Shown piece by piece: positions 47,888-57,508 of a stretch of 64,000 bases of DNA. The DNA is from Thermoplasmatota archaeon. GTDB lineage: Archaea > Thermoplasmatota > E2 > DHVEG-1. The notes under the pieces were generated by a model. It was given only the letters and a program-made list of their open reading frames with translations, had not been told where the DNA came from and did not search any database. The position numbers were made by a program, and so were the translations under genes. The stretch is taken from positions 465 to 64,464 of the forward strand of contig JAUXAU010000007.1 in NCBI GenBank assembly GCA_030619765.1, given 5' to 3'. Numbering within the stretch: the first letter of the stretch is position 1; each line of letters begins with the position of its first letter.

Positions 47888-50092
47888 TTATTTATGATTT
47901 GATAAAAGTTTATCGATTTTTTTATGTATATCATCGCTTTCTTTAACTTCAGTCTTTTTGCATAGTTTTTCAGTTAATTCGATCTCTACTTCTTCATCGT
48001 TTTTCTCTGACGTATCAACTTTTTCTTCTACCGTTAATGTAAATCTGTAACTTTTTGGATAAATAAATAATACTATTAATGTTACAACAAGAATCAAGAA
48101 CAAGAGTAGCAGGAATGACAATGGCAATTCTCTCTCTTTTTCAGGTTCTTCCTCTTTATCAATAATAACAACCTTCATTGAGGAGGCATTTGTAAAATTA
48201 TCATTATCTGTAACTTTAAGGGTTACTGTATGGTTACCTGGCTGAGCATATGAATGCACTGGATTTTCCAAATATGATTTATTGCCATCACCAAAGTCCC
48301 ATGTATAATTGATTATCGTTCCATCTGGATCATAGCTCCCATTACTGCTGAAGATAATATTTTCATTAATGTATCCAGAATATGGACCATTGATTTGTGG
48401 TATTGGCAAGTGTAGTGACGGTTCGAGCTGTATTATGATTAAATTGTGAGGCTCTGAAGTTGTTATTGCTTCATCGTCGTCCTTTACCTGTAATCTAACT
48501 GAGTAATTTCCAGGTGTTGAATAATTCCAAGTGATTTTTAAGTCTTCTAACCAGTTAGTATCATATACTCCATCGTTATTAAAATCCCAGCGGTATTTAG
48601 TAATGTATCCATCTGGATCATAACTGTAATATGCATAGAAAATGAGTGTTTCATTTACAAATCCAGTATTTGGACCTGTAATATTTGCTATTGGATGCTT
48701 GTTTGGCGGTGGTGTATATCCTCCACCACCTGGTGGAGGTTGAGAAGTTGGCTCTGGTTTAGTTGTAAAATAATAAGTTGCTGTTGTATTGTAAATGCCA
48801 TCATCTACAATTACTCGCCAGTAATATAAGGTAGAATACGAGCTAGCTTGTGAGTATGTCCAATAAACAGTTGAGTTTGCAGATATATTGGTGTCGTTTT
48901 GGCGTAGAATCCATGAGCCGGTTGAGTTTTCATACCAATAAACTGTAAGGTTATCACCCTCAATGTCATGAACGTCTACATGACATATAGGTTGTAAGTC
49001 AATATGTGTATTTCTATGAGGTGGATATTCATTTGATATCGTTGGAGCACCTTGTATAGCTGTTGTAAACAAAAATGTCTCATTAACCCAGGTGCCATTA
49101 CCATAATCAGTTGCATTGACATAAACTGTATAAGTTGTATTATATTGCAAACCAGATAATGGACAGGCTTTTTGTCCAGTTATATCATTATTTGCAGAGG
49201 CATTTCCAACATCAGGATGAGTTTCAATAGTCCAGTTAAATGTATCATTTTCAGGATCTTCAATTGTAATGTAATAATATGGTGTTGCTATCGATACGTC
49301 TGTTGATTGATTTGCCGGAATTGGATTAGATATTGTAAGTGGTTGATTATCTACTGTTGTAAAATGAAAAATTGCTGTTGTGTTTTGTATCGTATCGTTT
49401 ACGATTACTTTCCAATAATAAGTTTCTGAATAATTTGTTGCTTCAGTAAAAGTCCAATAATAAGTTCCATTTGGTACCGATGAATTAGTTTGTCTTAAAA
49501 CCCAGCATCCAGTTGAATTTTCAAACCAATAAATTGTCATGAGATCTTCATCTACATCACTGACCTCAATATGACAAGTGACATTAATTGCAATATTTAT
49601 AGAAGTATTTTGAGGGTATTCATTGTTATGTATAATTGATGGTTGATTTGGCCTTGTAGCAAATACCCATGTTTCTGATCTATTCTCATATTCTGAATCA
49701 TTAGCTATTGCATACCAATAGCAAAATCTCCCTTTTATTGCTTCATTCCATACAACCGAAGCTGTTGACCAATCTGAAGGAACGTTATTGTCAACTCCTA
49801 TAAGAGCATCGTTTGAAGCATTATAGAAATAAACATCTACGAAATCTCCAGTTTCATCAAAAACATTAACACTTAGAACTACAGGGACAGGAATATCTAC
49901 AGATTCATTTGGTGGATCTGGATTTATAGGTGCAGCTGGAGGTCGATTTGGTATAGGATTAAAGGAAATCGTTATCGAATCTTCTGTTTGGCCTTTCATC
50001 GTATCGATTAAAAAAGGTGAGGTAAATGGCGCTAATAATATTGTTAAAAATAAGAACAATGTAACTGCTCTGTATGGTTTTCTTCCTTCCAT
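47888..50092 (-). CDS. Surface protein with four Ig/fn3-like modules, two PKD domains, TM anchor and a cytoplasmic tail
   Basis: Signal peptide. Modules contain D[VI].[DE][DG][DE].[LM]T[IV]YW[FY]ENSTG[CS]W[IV]LRQ. PKD motifs YSYDPDGYITKYRWDFNNDG...YSVRLQVKDDD and GSYDPDGTIINYTWDFGDG...HTVTLKVTDND. TM LPLSFLLLLFLILVVTLIVLFIY. Confidence 0.85.
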   Translation of the reverse strand: MEGRKPYRAVTLFLFLTILLAPFTSPFLIDTMKGQTEDSITISFNPIPNRPPAAPINPDPPNESVDIPVPVVLSVNVFDETGDFVDVYFYNASNDALIGVDNNVPSDWSTASVVWNEAIKGRFCYWYAIANDSEYENRSETWVFATRPNQPSIIHNNEYPQNTSINIAINVTCHIEVSDVDEDLMTIYWFENSTGCWVLRQTNSSVPNGTYYWTFTEATNYSETYYWKVIVNDTIQNTTAIFHFTTVDNQPLTISNPIPANQSTDVSIATPYYYITIEDPENDTFNWTIETHPDVGNASANNDITGQKACPLSGLQYNTTYTVYVNATDYGNGTWVNETFLFTTAIQGAPTISNEYPPHRNTHIDLQPICHVDVHDIEGDNLTVYWYENSTGSWILRQNDTNISANSTVYWTYSQASSYSTLYYWRVIVDDGIYNTTATYYFTTKPEPTSQPPPGGGGYTPPPNKHPIANITGPNTGFVNETLIFYAYYSYDPDGYITKYRWDFNNDGVYDTNWLEDLKITWNYSTPGNYSVRLQVKDDDEAITTSEPHNLIIIQLEPSLHLPIPQINGPYSGYINENIIFSSNGSYDPDGTIINYTWDFGDGNKSYLENPVHSYAQPGNHTVTLKVTDNDNFTNASSMKVVIIDKEEEPEKERELPLSFLLLLFLILVVTLIVLFIYPKSYRFTLTVEEKVDTSEKNDEEVEIELTEKLCKKTEVKESDDIHKKIDKLLSNHK

Positions 50093-50295
50093 TTCGTTTC
50101 CTTCCGATTCCTTTTAATATATTGTTAATTGATAGCACGATGCATTCTATTACTAATTGTATTTAAAGCTAATCCGTTAAAATTGCAAAATGGAGGAATT
50201 TGCGTTCTGATGAAATGACAAACTGTAAAATCACCTAAGCAATCATAAATATATATAAAAAAATATTTATATCAAAATATTATTTAATAAATTAA

Positions 50296-50694
50296 ATGAA
50301 GGATGATGACAAACAAAAAATAAGATTACACATAGTACTTACCAGTTTTTTATTTTCCTGCATCGTTATCATTGCAACCACACCATTACACGAGGCCGCT
50401 CACTGGATCATGTCAGATATTGATCCATACAGTGAACCGGTTGAATTCCATCTTTTTGACGATTTATCCTTCCAAAATGAACAACATATTCTGTCATCAT
50501 CTTTAGGATGCGTCATAATAAAAGAAACCTATCCTGGCTCCTTTAAGGATAGACCCCTATGGATAGATCCAATTCAAGAAATAATATGCATTTCCATCCA
50601 AATCATACTAACCTGTATAATCGTTTCAAAAACACTTACATTATTAATGAGCAAATGGCCGAACTTACTGAAAACATCAATACCAAATTTTTAA
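50296..50694 (+). CDS. Small polytopic membrane protein with an HExxH motif (DUF3267-like putative zincin)
   Basis: PLHEAAHWIM (HEAAH at 50389-50403) lies at the end of the first hydrophobic helix, with a further hydrophobic helix at the C-terminus. Confidence 0.5.
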   Translation: MKDDDKQKIRLHIVLTSFLFSCIVIIATTPLHEAAHWIMSDIDPYSEPVEFHLFDDLSFQNEQHILSSSLGCVIIKETYPGSFKDRPLWIDPIQEIICISIQIILTCIIVSKTLTLLMSKWPNLLKTSIPNF

Positions 50695-50789
50695 TTTGAC
50701 GGTCAGGATAAAGACGTTGTTGCCATCAATACTGTGTATTTTGTGTTTATCTGACGTTTTTTCTCTTCTTACATATACATATCACATTT

Positions 50790-53700
50790 TTACGATACTA
50801 CAGATTTAAAGGTGACAACAAAGGACAACGGGTCAACTGTGGATGACGTGGTAGCCATGATCAAGTTCAAATCAAAAGTCTGCCAGGAACTTATGCTTAG
50901 GTTAGTGACAAAAGTATCATATGTAGTGTTGATGTTGGTCCAGCTGCCACCACCACTTTTATTATATTGAAGACTGAAATTATTAAAACCTGGAGTTGCA
51001 GTGAGATTCCATTGGAAACCAGTCGTAGAATTGGTAGCATTACTTGATTTGACTAGTATGTTTAGAGCAATGTTTCCCTCGTTTGTGAGGTTGAAATAGT
51101 AACCCGTTGTAGCGTTGGAGCTACCTATCCATACAGTTCCCTGGTTCCACTGTGATGGTGTAACATTTACGGAGATATCAATAACTGTCAAGCTATTCGA
51201 TTGTAGAGTAATTCCATCTTGATAACCGTCATTTGGAGTAACTTCACATTGCCACACATCATTAACTGAGGTTTCTTGTGATACAATTGTGTTTGTTTTG
51301 TTCTGAGACAGTGCAAGCACCTGCTCTGGAGAAAGTGCAAAATCATATATTCTGACTTCGTCTAAAGTACCATTGTAATACCTCTGTGCAGCTCCTGGAC
51401 GTCCGATGTGCATTTCATCCTGCCATGTTGAGGTATTGTATGGAAGATCGTCGCTTGTCAGGTCGTCCGAGTCAACCAAGGTACCATTTACATACATTTT
51501 CGTTATATTATTGTCAAAATCCCAGGTTACGACCACATGATACCATATATTTGGCGTTAGATTTCCTGAAAACAACCATGTGTAGTTGGCATCTGGGACG
51601 AGAGAAGGAAGCCCATCCTCATGGTCACCGTAAAAGAATGTGAAGCCCTTCAGCCCAAAACTAGTGTTGAAGTGCTGGATACTGAGATGGAATTCTTGAC
51701 CATCTGAGTCTGAATATCCGTTTTCACTGGAGCCACCTGCCCAGACAAGGAGTTGTGGCGTTGCAAATGAATCTGGCTTTGCCCATACTTCTATTGATCC
51801 TTCATTTCTGTTTATAGTTGAATTAGGAATGCCATGGATATAATCATCAATTCCATCAAATTGATATGCTCCTTTTCCATCGTAACCCATTGTTTTGTTC
51901 CAAGTAGCTCCTGATACCGTTCCATCATGTCCTTGTCCAGAATAATCTTTTGTATAGGTTGAACTACTCCCACCTTCAAATGGCATGTTCAATAACATTA
52001 TTGAAGAGCTATTTTTATACCAGTTGAAGATATTCTTTATAGGATCTCCATCGGGATCTGATGTTGACTGGTTATAACAAGTTAAATTTTCATTTGTAGA
52101 ATTTGTTCCATAAGTTGAATTAAGGATAGGTGTGGTATGTGTTGGTTTGTTGTTGATTTTTTTACATCTAGCATCAGCACTACTTGGCGGTGTTTCATCA
52201 GATGAACCAGATTTCTTCCCTATGCTATAAAACTCATAATAACCGGTATCATTTGGAAAGTCAAAGTTCCAGCTCCATGGTGAGCTGGTATCGGGGTTGT
52301 TTGCATCAGACCATATACTCCAGTTTGAACCTCCTCCCCATGTTAAGTTATCAGTCGAATATCGATACCATAACGTTACATTGTCCAAACTGGAATCTCC
52401 TGTAGCATTGATAGTCAGTGGTGATGATGTTACATTATATGGGGTGATGGTATCAACTGATGTGTTTATCGCTTCGGTCATAAAATGATACGTTTCATTG
52501 CACCAATTAGTGCCATCAGTAAGGTTTACACTCCAATAATACATAATACTGTAATTACTAAAGTTACTGTTGGTTTGTATTATGTTTACAGAACCACTAC
52601 TGGTATCAATGCTACTATTGGTTGCAAACAAAGTCCAGCTACCACTACTATTGCTATACCAGTATGCAGTAAGCGTATCGTCATCAGCATCGTCAACAGT
52701 CACATTCAATGTTGGAGTCGGGCTGATATCTGTGGAGCCATTACTTGGAAGCTCACCTGTTATTGTCGGAGCAGTATTCTGTTGCTCGCTGCTAAAATTA
52801 AGGAATGTACCGGGATTGTTTATCGTATTATAGCTTGTGTTTATCCAACTGCTGTTTCTTGCTGTGTTTGAGATGCGGACTTCATCGATTGTGCCCTTGA
52901 AAATTTCATCTGTTGATATGGACCCATTGTCCATGCTAGACCCAATTGAAAGTTTGGCTGTCCCGCTGTGGATGGTTGTTACAATAGCCTTCTCGCTATC
53001 CCATGCTCCATTGATATAAAGTATCCATTTTGATCCAGTAGATACTCCAACGAGGTAATACCATGTATTAGTGGCTAATTGTATCGCAGATATTAGTTCA
53101 TCTAAATATGTACCATCGGCTGAAATCATAATGCAAGGCTTTGTCCAGTCCATCAGATACAGAGAGTAAGATCTTTGTGGATTTGTACTATTCCAATCCC
53201 ATTTAGTCACTATTCCTGAGTACTGATTTTTAAAGTCTGTCGAGTATATCCACGCCTCGATTGTAACCGTATCAGTGATATCTAAACTCGCTGCATCAGG
53301 AGCTACTACGGCATCATCTGTACCGTCAAGAACATCAGCTCCGTTTACTTTGCCTGTTGCATTTTGATTTAAACCGCCATAAGGTGTGCCATCATTATTA
53401 TTTGCAGTTGCATCATAATGAGTTCCAGATGTCTCATTAAGGTGTTGCACCAACACATGATTAGAATCCCAAACACCAGTTATATTCTCCTGACTGCTGC
53501 ATGTAGAGTTGCCGTAATACATCCAAATCTTAGTATCACTACTACTGCTGAGGCTGGTTACATTTACCCATGCGACTAGCTCACCATTGGTGCTGTTAAA
53601 GAGCTCTATCTCATGGTTGAGCTGCGTACTATTATCAGAATATAAGACAAATGCGATATCATCACCATCATTCTGAGCATGCGATGCAAGATCAGAATCA

Positions 53701-55757
53701 GAAGAATTATACACTAATACTGGAAAGTTAATAAGATCAGCATCAACCTGTGACGAGTTGACGGTAATAAGCTTCCGGTAACCCCAATCAGAACTCCACC
53801 AAGTGCTCCCTTCAAAATCAAACACATCACTCCCATCATCAGGAGAAACTAGGTAACTAATCCGTCCTGAAGATGGTTTACAGCCACAGTCAATCTCCTC
53901 CCAACTTGGTGCCTTAAACCATATCCGTAATGTACAGGGGCTCTGTAATGTAAACGACTGAGAATAGGCAACTTGATCTAACTCTCTTAACTCAGATGGT
54001 AATTTCTTCCTTTGCATATCAATATTCTTTTCAATATGAGACACCGGCCTACCAGCACGATACACCCAGTAATTCAAAGAAACGTCATATCCTGTTGTTT
54101 TAACAACGCGTTTTTCATCATCTCCAGAATCATATAGAAGCTCAATTTTTTCACACACTAGAGCATCAGAAAACAACGGAGCAAAGATAACATCCGTTCC
54201 ATGAAGCCCATCAACAGTTCTTTCCACATAAAACCGAGTCCCAGGCACTACATCGATATGTTCTTCTTTTGGATCCACAATGGAAACAGTACTTTCATTT
54301 CCATAAATAAAAAACTGACTTATGGCAGATTTATTCTCATAACCAGGAGCAGCACACCACACCTTAAACTCATAAGTTCCACTAACATCAAACGATCTCC
54401 TGTAAACATAATAACCATTGCTGTAGTTCATACGCTTTGGCTCAGTCCAAGTTCCAACATTGAACGAAATAAGACATGTAGCATTCTCAATACTCTGATT
54501 GAAACTGCTATAATTCGCATAAAACGTAATCATATCTCCAACATATTTACTCACATTATCGGTATCATCCCAAACAAACAAATCAGATACATTCAAGGAA
54601 ACATTTCCCAAAGGTACATCTAAAACATCAAACATAAGTTCTTCTTCCACAGTCTCATTCAAATAAATAACAGTAACATTTACCACATAACTACCCGCAA
54701 CAATCGGAACAAACCGATATTCAAATAAGCCATCTGCCACATTTAAACCAACAGACAAATTAATATCAGAGCCGGCAATAAGAAGACCTGCAGATGTGTT
54801 TATCAACGAATTATTAAACGAGACAACGCCACTGATCAACACAGTTTCATTAATGACATGGACCAGCTTATCACTCTGCAAAGTAAGATTTAAACCAGTA
54901 GAAATAATTATTTCATTTTCCCCAGCAGATGTCTCATTTGTCCCTGTTTCTGAGGATTGATTTTCATCAGGGATCTCTTCAGGTAGAACACTCCATCTCA
55001 CCCCAGCAGAGTAAGGCGTGTTATTCACATCTAACCCTGTAATCGTAACAATATGCTCACCAGGCATAACGTCATAAACAAACCAAACCCCATGCCACAA
55101 ATGCAATGACGTAGTATTATCAACAAGCAACAAATCAATAATCTCAACACCTGCCATATCAGCAGATACAGAAGTAACAAAATACACATCAGGAATAGCA
55201 ACATTCACAAACATAGTATCATTATTATAGATATTTTCAGGGCTAAGAGAAATAGAAAGAACATCTATACTAGAACCACCTTGTGAAGAGAGTATAGATG
55301 CAGAGGTGATAGCGGCAAAGATCAAGAGAACCGATAACAATATAGATAGCACCTTTTTTACAGGTAATTTGATCAAACTCGAGGTTTTTTTCACCTCAAT
55401 ATTCATTAAAAAACGTTTTTTATCAGAAACTTGGCTAGAGACGGGAAGATTTTTTTTCTTTAATGTATTTTTTGAATAAGTAAAACCATTTGACTGGACA
55501 GTTAATTTCTTTGATGATGAAGCATTATTTAAAAATTGACTCCCATTATAATCTTCAGCCTTATCCTCAAGAGAAGAAACCTTTTTTTTAGCGAGAATGT
55601 AATCCACTAAATCATTGACGTTATAGCTATATTCAGCTTTTGTTTTAGCTGAAAAAAAACAATCTAAATTTTGATAGATATGGCTATCTAGTTTTTCTTT
55701 TTTATGTCTCTTATTACTCTTTATAAATTTCCCTGAGAGTGCTGAAATAATCCCCAT
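50790..55757 (-). CDS. Giant type-II-anchored surface protein (1655 aa): Ig-like region, DUF2341, two LamG/ConA-like domains and fn3-like modules
   Basis: GGAGGG sits 3 nt before the ATG. About 130 cytoplasmic residues precede the TM VLSILLSVLLIFAAITSASIL. WGYRKLITVNSSQVDADLINFPVLV...DGDDIAF...LNHEIE...VAWVNV...IWMYYGN matches DUF2341. LamG-type ends DEVRISNTARNSSWI and LDEVRIYDFALSPEQV. The module DDADDDTLTAYWYSNSSGSW is shared with the PKD protein. Confidence 0.85.
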   Translation of the reverse strand: MGIISALSGKFIKSNKRHKKEKLDSHIYQNLDCFFSAKTKAEYSYNVNDLVDYILAKKKVSSLEDKAEDYNGSQFLNNASSSKKLTVQSNGFTYSKNTLKKKNLPVSSQVSDKKRFLMNIEVKKTSSLIKLPVKKVLSILLSVLLIFAAITSASILSSQGGSSIDVLSISLSPENIYNNDTMFVNVAIPDVYFVTSVSADMAGVEIIDLLLVDNTTSLHLWHGVWFVYDVMPGEHIVTITGLDVNNTPYSAGVRWSVLPEEIPDENQSSETGTNETSAGENEIIISTGLNLTLQSDKLVHVINETVLISGVVSFNNSLINTSAGLLIAGSDINLSVGLNVADGLFEYRFVPIVAGSYVVNVTVIYLNETVEEELMFDVLDVPLGNVSLNVSDLFVWDDTDNVSKYVGDMITFYANYSSFNQSIENATCLISFNVGTWTEPKRMNYSNGYYVYRRSFDVSGTYEFKVWCAAPGYENKSAISQFFIYGNESTVSIVDPKEEHIDVVPGTRFYVERTVDGLHGTDVIFAPLFSDALVCEKIELLYDSGDDEKRVVKTTGYDVSLNYWVYRAGRPVSHIEKNIDMQRKKLPSELRELDQVAYSQSFTLQSPCTLRIWFKAPSWEEIDCGCKPSSGRISYLVSPDDGSDVFDFEGSTWWSSDWGYRKLITVNSSQVDADLINFPVLVYNSSDSDLASHAQNDGDDIAFVLYSDNSTQLNHEIELFNSTNGELVAWVNVTSLSSSSDTKIWMYYGNSTCSSQENITGVWDSNHVLVQHLNETSGTHYDATANNNDGTPYGGLNQNATGKVNGADVLDGTDDAVVAPDAASLDITDTVTIEAWIYSTDFKNQYSGIVTKWDWNSTNPQRSYSLYLMDWTKPCIMISADGTYLDELISAIQLATNTWYYLVGVSTGSKWILYINGAWDSEKAIVTTIHSGTAKLSIGSSMDNGSISTDEIFKGTIDEVRISNTARNSSWINTSYNTINNPGTFLNFSSEQQNTAPTITGELPSNGSTDISPTPTLNVTVDDADDDTLTAYWYSNSSGSWTLFATNSSIDTSSGSVNIIQTNSNFSNYSIMYYWSVNLTDGTNWCNETYHFMTEAINTSVDTITPYNVTSSPLTINATGDSSLDNVTLWYRYSTDNLTWGGGSNWSIWSDANNPDTSSPWSWNFDFPNDTGYYEFYSIGKKSGSSDETPPSSADARCKKINNKPTHTTPILNSTYGTNSTNENLTCYNQSTSDPDGDPIKNIFNWYKNSSSIMLLNMPFEGGSSSTYTKDYSGQGHDGTVSGATWNKTMGYDGKGAYQFDGIDDYIHGIPNSTINRNEGSIEVWAKPDSFATPQLLVWAGGSSENGYSDSDGQEFHLSIQHFNTSFGLKGFTFFYGDHEDGLPSLVPDANYTWLFSGNLTPNIWYHVVVTWDFDNNITKMYVNGTLVDSDDLTSDDLPYNTSTWQDEMHIGRPGAAQRYYNGTLDEVRIYDFALSPEQVLALSQNKTNTIVSQETSVNDVWQCEVTPNDGYQDGITLQSNSLTVIDISVNVTPSQWNQGTVWIGSSNATTGYYFNLTNEGNIALNILVKSSNATNSTTGFQWNLTATPGFNNFSLQYNKSGGGSWTNINTTYDTFVTNLSISSWQTFDLNLIMATTSSTVDPLSFVVTFKSVVS

Positions 55758-56002
55758 CTACCCTCCAGATGGTAGTTATAATAAAAAGTTTGTTTATAAA
55801 CGTTCCTTTACCTACAAGAATAAAATCTATAAAATTAACAAATTATAATAGCTGCTAAATGGTCGTATAGACGAAAAATTAAAAAAGATTAATAGTATGT
55901 TTGCACATTATTATCATACACTTCTCTAATAAAATTATCATGTATACCAGGGTTGAGGAGGGATACGTGGTATGTATTTCTTCCAAAAAGGAAGGTCGTA
56001 AA

Positions 56003-57502
56003 ATGGACGAGTTTAAAAATGATGAACTTGAAAAAAAAATAATTGAACTAAAAAATAGAGAATCAGAGTTGAAGAATAAAATACAGGAGATTGGCCAGAT
56101 ACATTTAGAGATGAATAATAAACAGGAGGAAATAGAATCATTGAATACAGATCTAGAGACAAGGAACAGGATAATTGAAGACCTTAAAGGACAGTTAGCA
56201 GAAAGACAAACAATGCTTGTAGAAACAACCGGAGCTGTCGAGAGAATACATACCGATCTAGAACAAAAACAAAAAGAGATAGAAGCAAAGAACGAAGAAT
56301 TACGATCAGCCAGATCAGAACTAGAAAACAAGCAAGAAGATTGTAACTCTTTGAACGCAGATATAGAAACAAGGAACAGGATAATTGAAGACCTTAAAGG
56401 ACAGTTAACAGAAAGACAAACAATGCTTGTAGAAACAACCGGAGCCTTCGAGAGACTACAAAAAGAGATGGAGAAAAAAAATAACGAGATTGACTGGACA
56501 AGAACCAATCTATCCGATAAAGAAAATGAATTTGAAAAAGCACAGCATAGTCTACAAATGACGGAGGAGGAACTGCACAATAAAGAAGAAATAAAAAGAT
56601 TAAAAGAGAATCTAGAAAACAAAAATAAAGAATTGAGCTTGATTAATCAACAACCTGAAAATAAAGAAATTGAAAAATCTCAGTTACCGATCGATCTAGA
56701 AAAAAGTAAGAAAGATTTAAGAAGATCCGAAGAAATAAAACTTGTAAAACAACAATTTAGAGACATACAAAATGAGACGGCTCGATTACAAACTGAACTT
56801 AAAACAATACTTGAAGGCATTGACATAAATAATATAGATACTGGGTCACAAGAAATAGAACACGAGGAATTGAAGAAAGAACTAAAGGCGAGTAAATCTG
56901 CATTAAATTGGTTTAACGCAGAGTTAGAAGCAAAACGAGATGAGATGAGATTAAAAGAAAATGAGCTCAGTATGTTAAAGAACCGATTAGAAAGTAGAAA
57001 CACTGAAATCAAACAGATGAAAACGGAGCAAATTCGAAGTCAACCTGAACTAGAAAAGGAGCAACAAGAGATAGAAACATTTAATGAAGCCCTAGACACA
57101 AAAAATGCGATAATAGCACAAATGAGTAAACAGATAACAGAAAAACAAGAAGTGATTTTAGAAAAGACAAAAACTGCTGAAGAAATGCAAAAACAGCTAG
57201 ATCAAAACAATCAAGAGCTAATTCAAAGGACGAACGACGTATCACAATTACAAAAAGAGTTAAAACAGGATCGTGAAAATCTAGAATCCATTACTAGCAC
57301 ACTTTGCAATAAAGATAATCTCTTGGAGCAATTACAACAACATCTGAAACAAAAAAATCAGGCGGAATCAGAATTCGGACAAGAAACTGATGGTGAAGAA
57401 AATATACCTTGGAAGGATAATCTGAGAATTTATAATGAAATCGATAAAAAGCTAGTAGACAATGATCTTAAAACAAAAAAATTAAAAGAAGAATTGGAAT
57501 AA
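56003..57502 (+). CDS. Long coiled-coil protein (SMC-arm-like, no ATPase motifs seen)
   Basis: I prefer the ATG at 56003 (MDEFKNDELEKK), preceded by AAGGAAGG. Uninterrupted E/K/Q/L heptad-like sequence with an internal 70-aa duplication. Confidence 0.65.
   Translation: MDEFKNDELEKKIIELKNRESELKNKIQEIGQIHLEMNNKQEEIESLNTDLETRNRIIEDLKGQLAERQTMLVETTGAVERIHTDLEQKQKEIEAKNEELRSARSELENKQEDCNSLNADIETRNRIIEDLKGQLTERQTMLVETTGAFERLQKEMEKKNNEIDWTRTNLSDKENEFEKAQHSLQMTEEELHNKEEIKRLKENLENKNKELSLINQQPENKEIEKSQLPIDLEKSKKDLRRSEEIKLVKQQFRDIQNETARLQTELKTILEGIDINNIDTGSQEIEHEELKKELKASKSALNWFNAELEAKRDEMRLKENELSMLKNRLESRNTEIKQMKTEQIRSQPELEKEQQEIETFNEALDTKNAIIAQMSKQITEKQEVILEKTKTAEEMQKQLDQNNQELIQRTNDVSQLQKELKQDRENLESITSTLCNKDNLLEQLQQHLKQKNQAESEFGQETDGEENIPWKDNLRIYNEIDKKLVDNDLKTKKLKEELE
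56154..56245 (+). repeat. Internal near-identical DNA repeat, copy 1
   Basis: 92 nt with 4 mismatches to 56364-56455. The offset is 210 nt (70 codons, in frame). Confidence 0.9.
56364..56455 (+). repeat. Internal near-identical DNA repeat, copy 2
   Basis: Encodes ETRNRIIEDLKGQL[AT]ERQTMLVETTGA[VF]ER, as does copy 1. Confidence 0.9.
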
Positions 57503-57508
57503 GCAGTG

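Noticed and set aside
51386-54623. Several plus-strand ORFs (60-140 aa) inside the LamG giant
   Set aside because: They are embedded antisense in a 1655-aa ORF with clear domain architecture. They have no Shine-Dalgarno or motif support.
55879-56622. A 247-aa minus-strand Ser/Cys/Leu-rich ORF, plus smaller ones at 56184-56372 and 56680-57012
   Set aside because: They are antisense to the E/K-rich coiled-coil gene. Purine-rich sense codons leave the opposite strand free of stops. The sense gene has the Shine-Dalgarno and a coherent heptad pattern.
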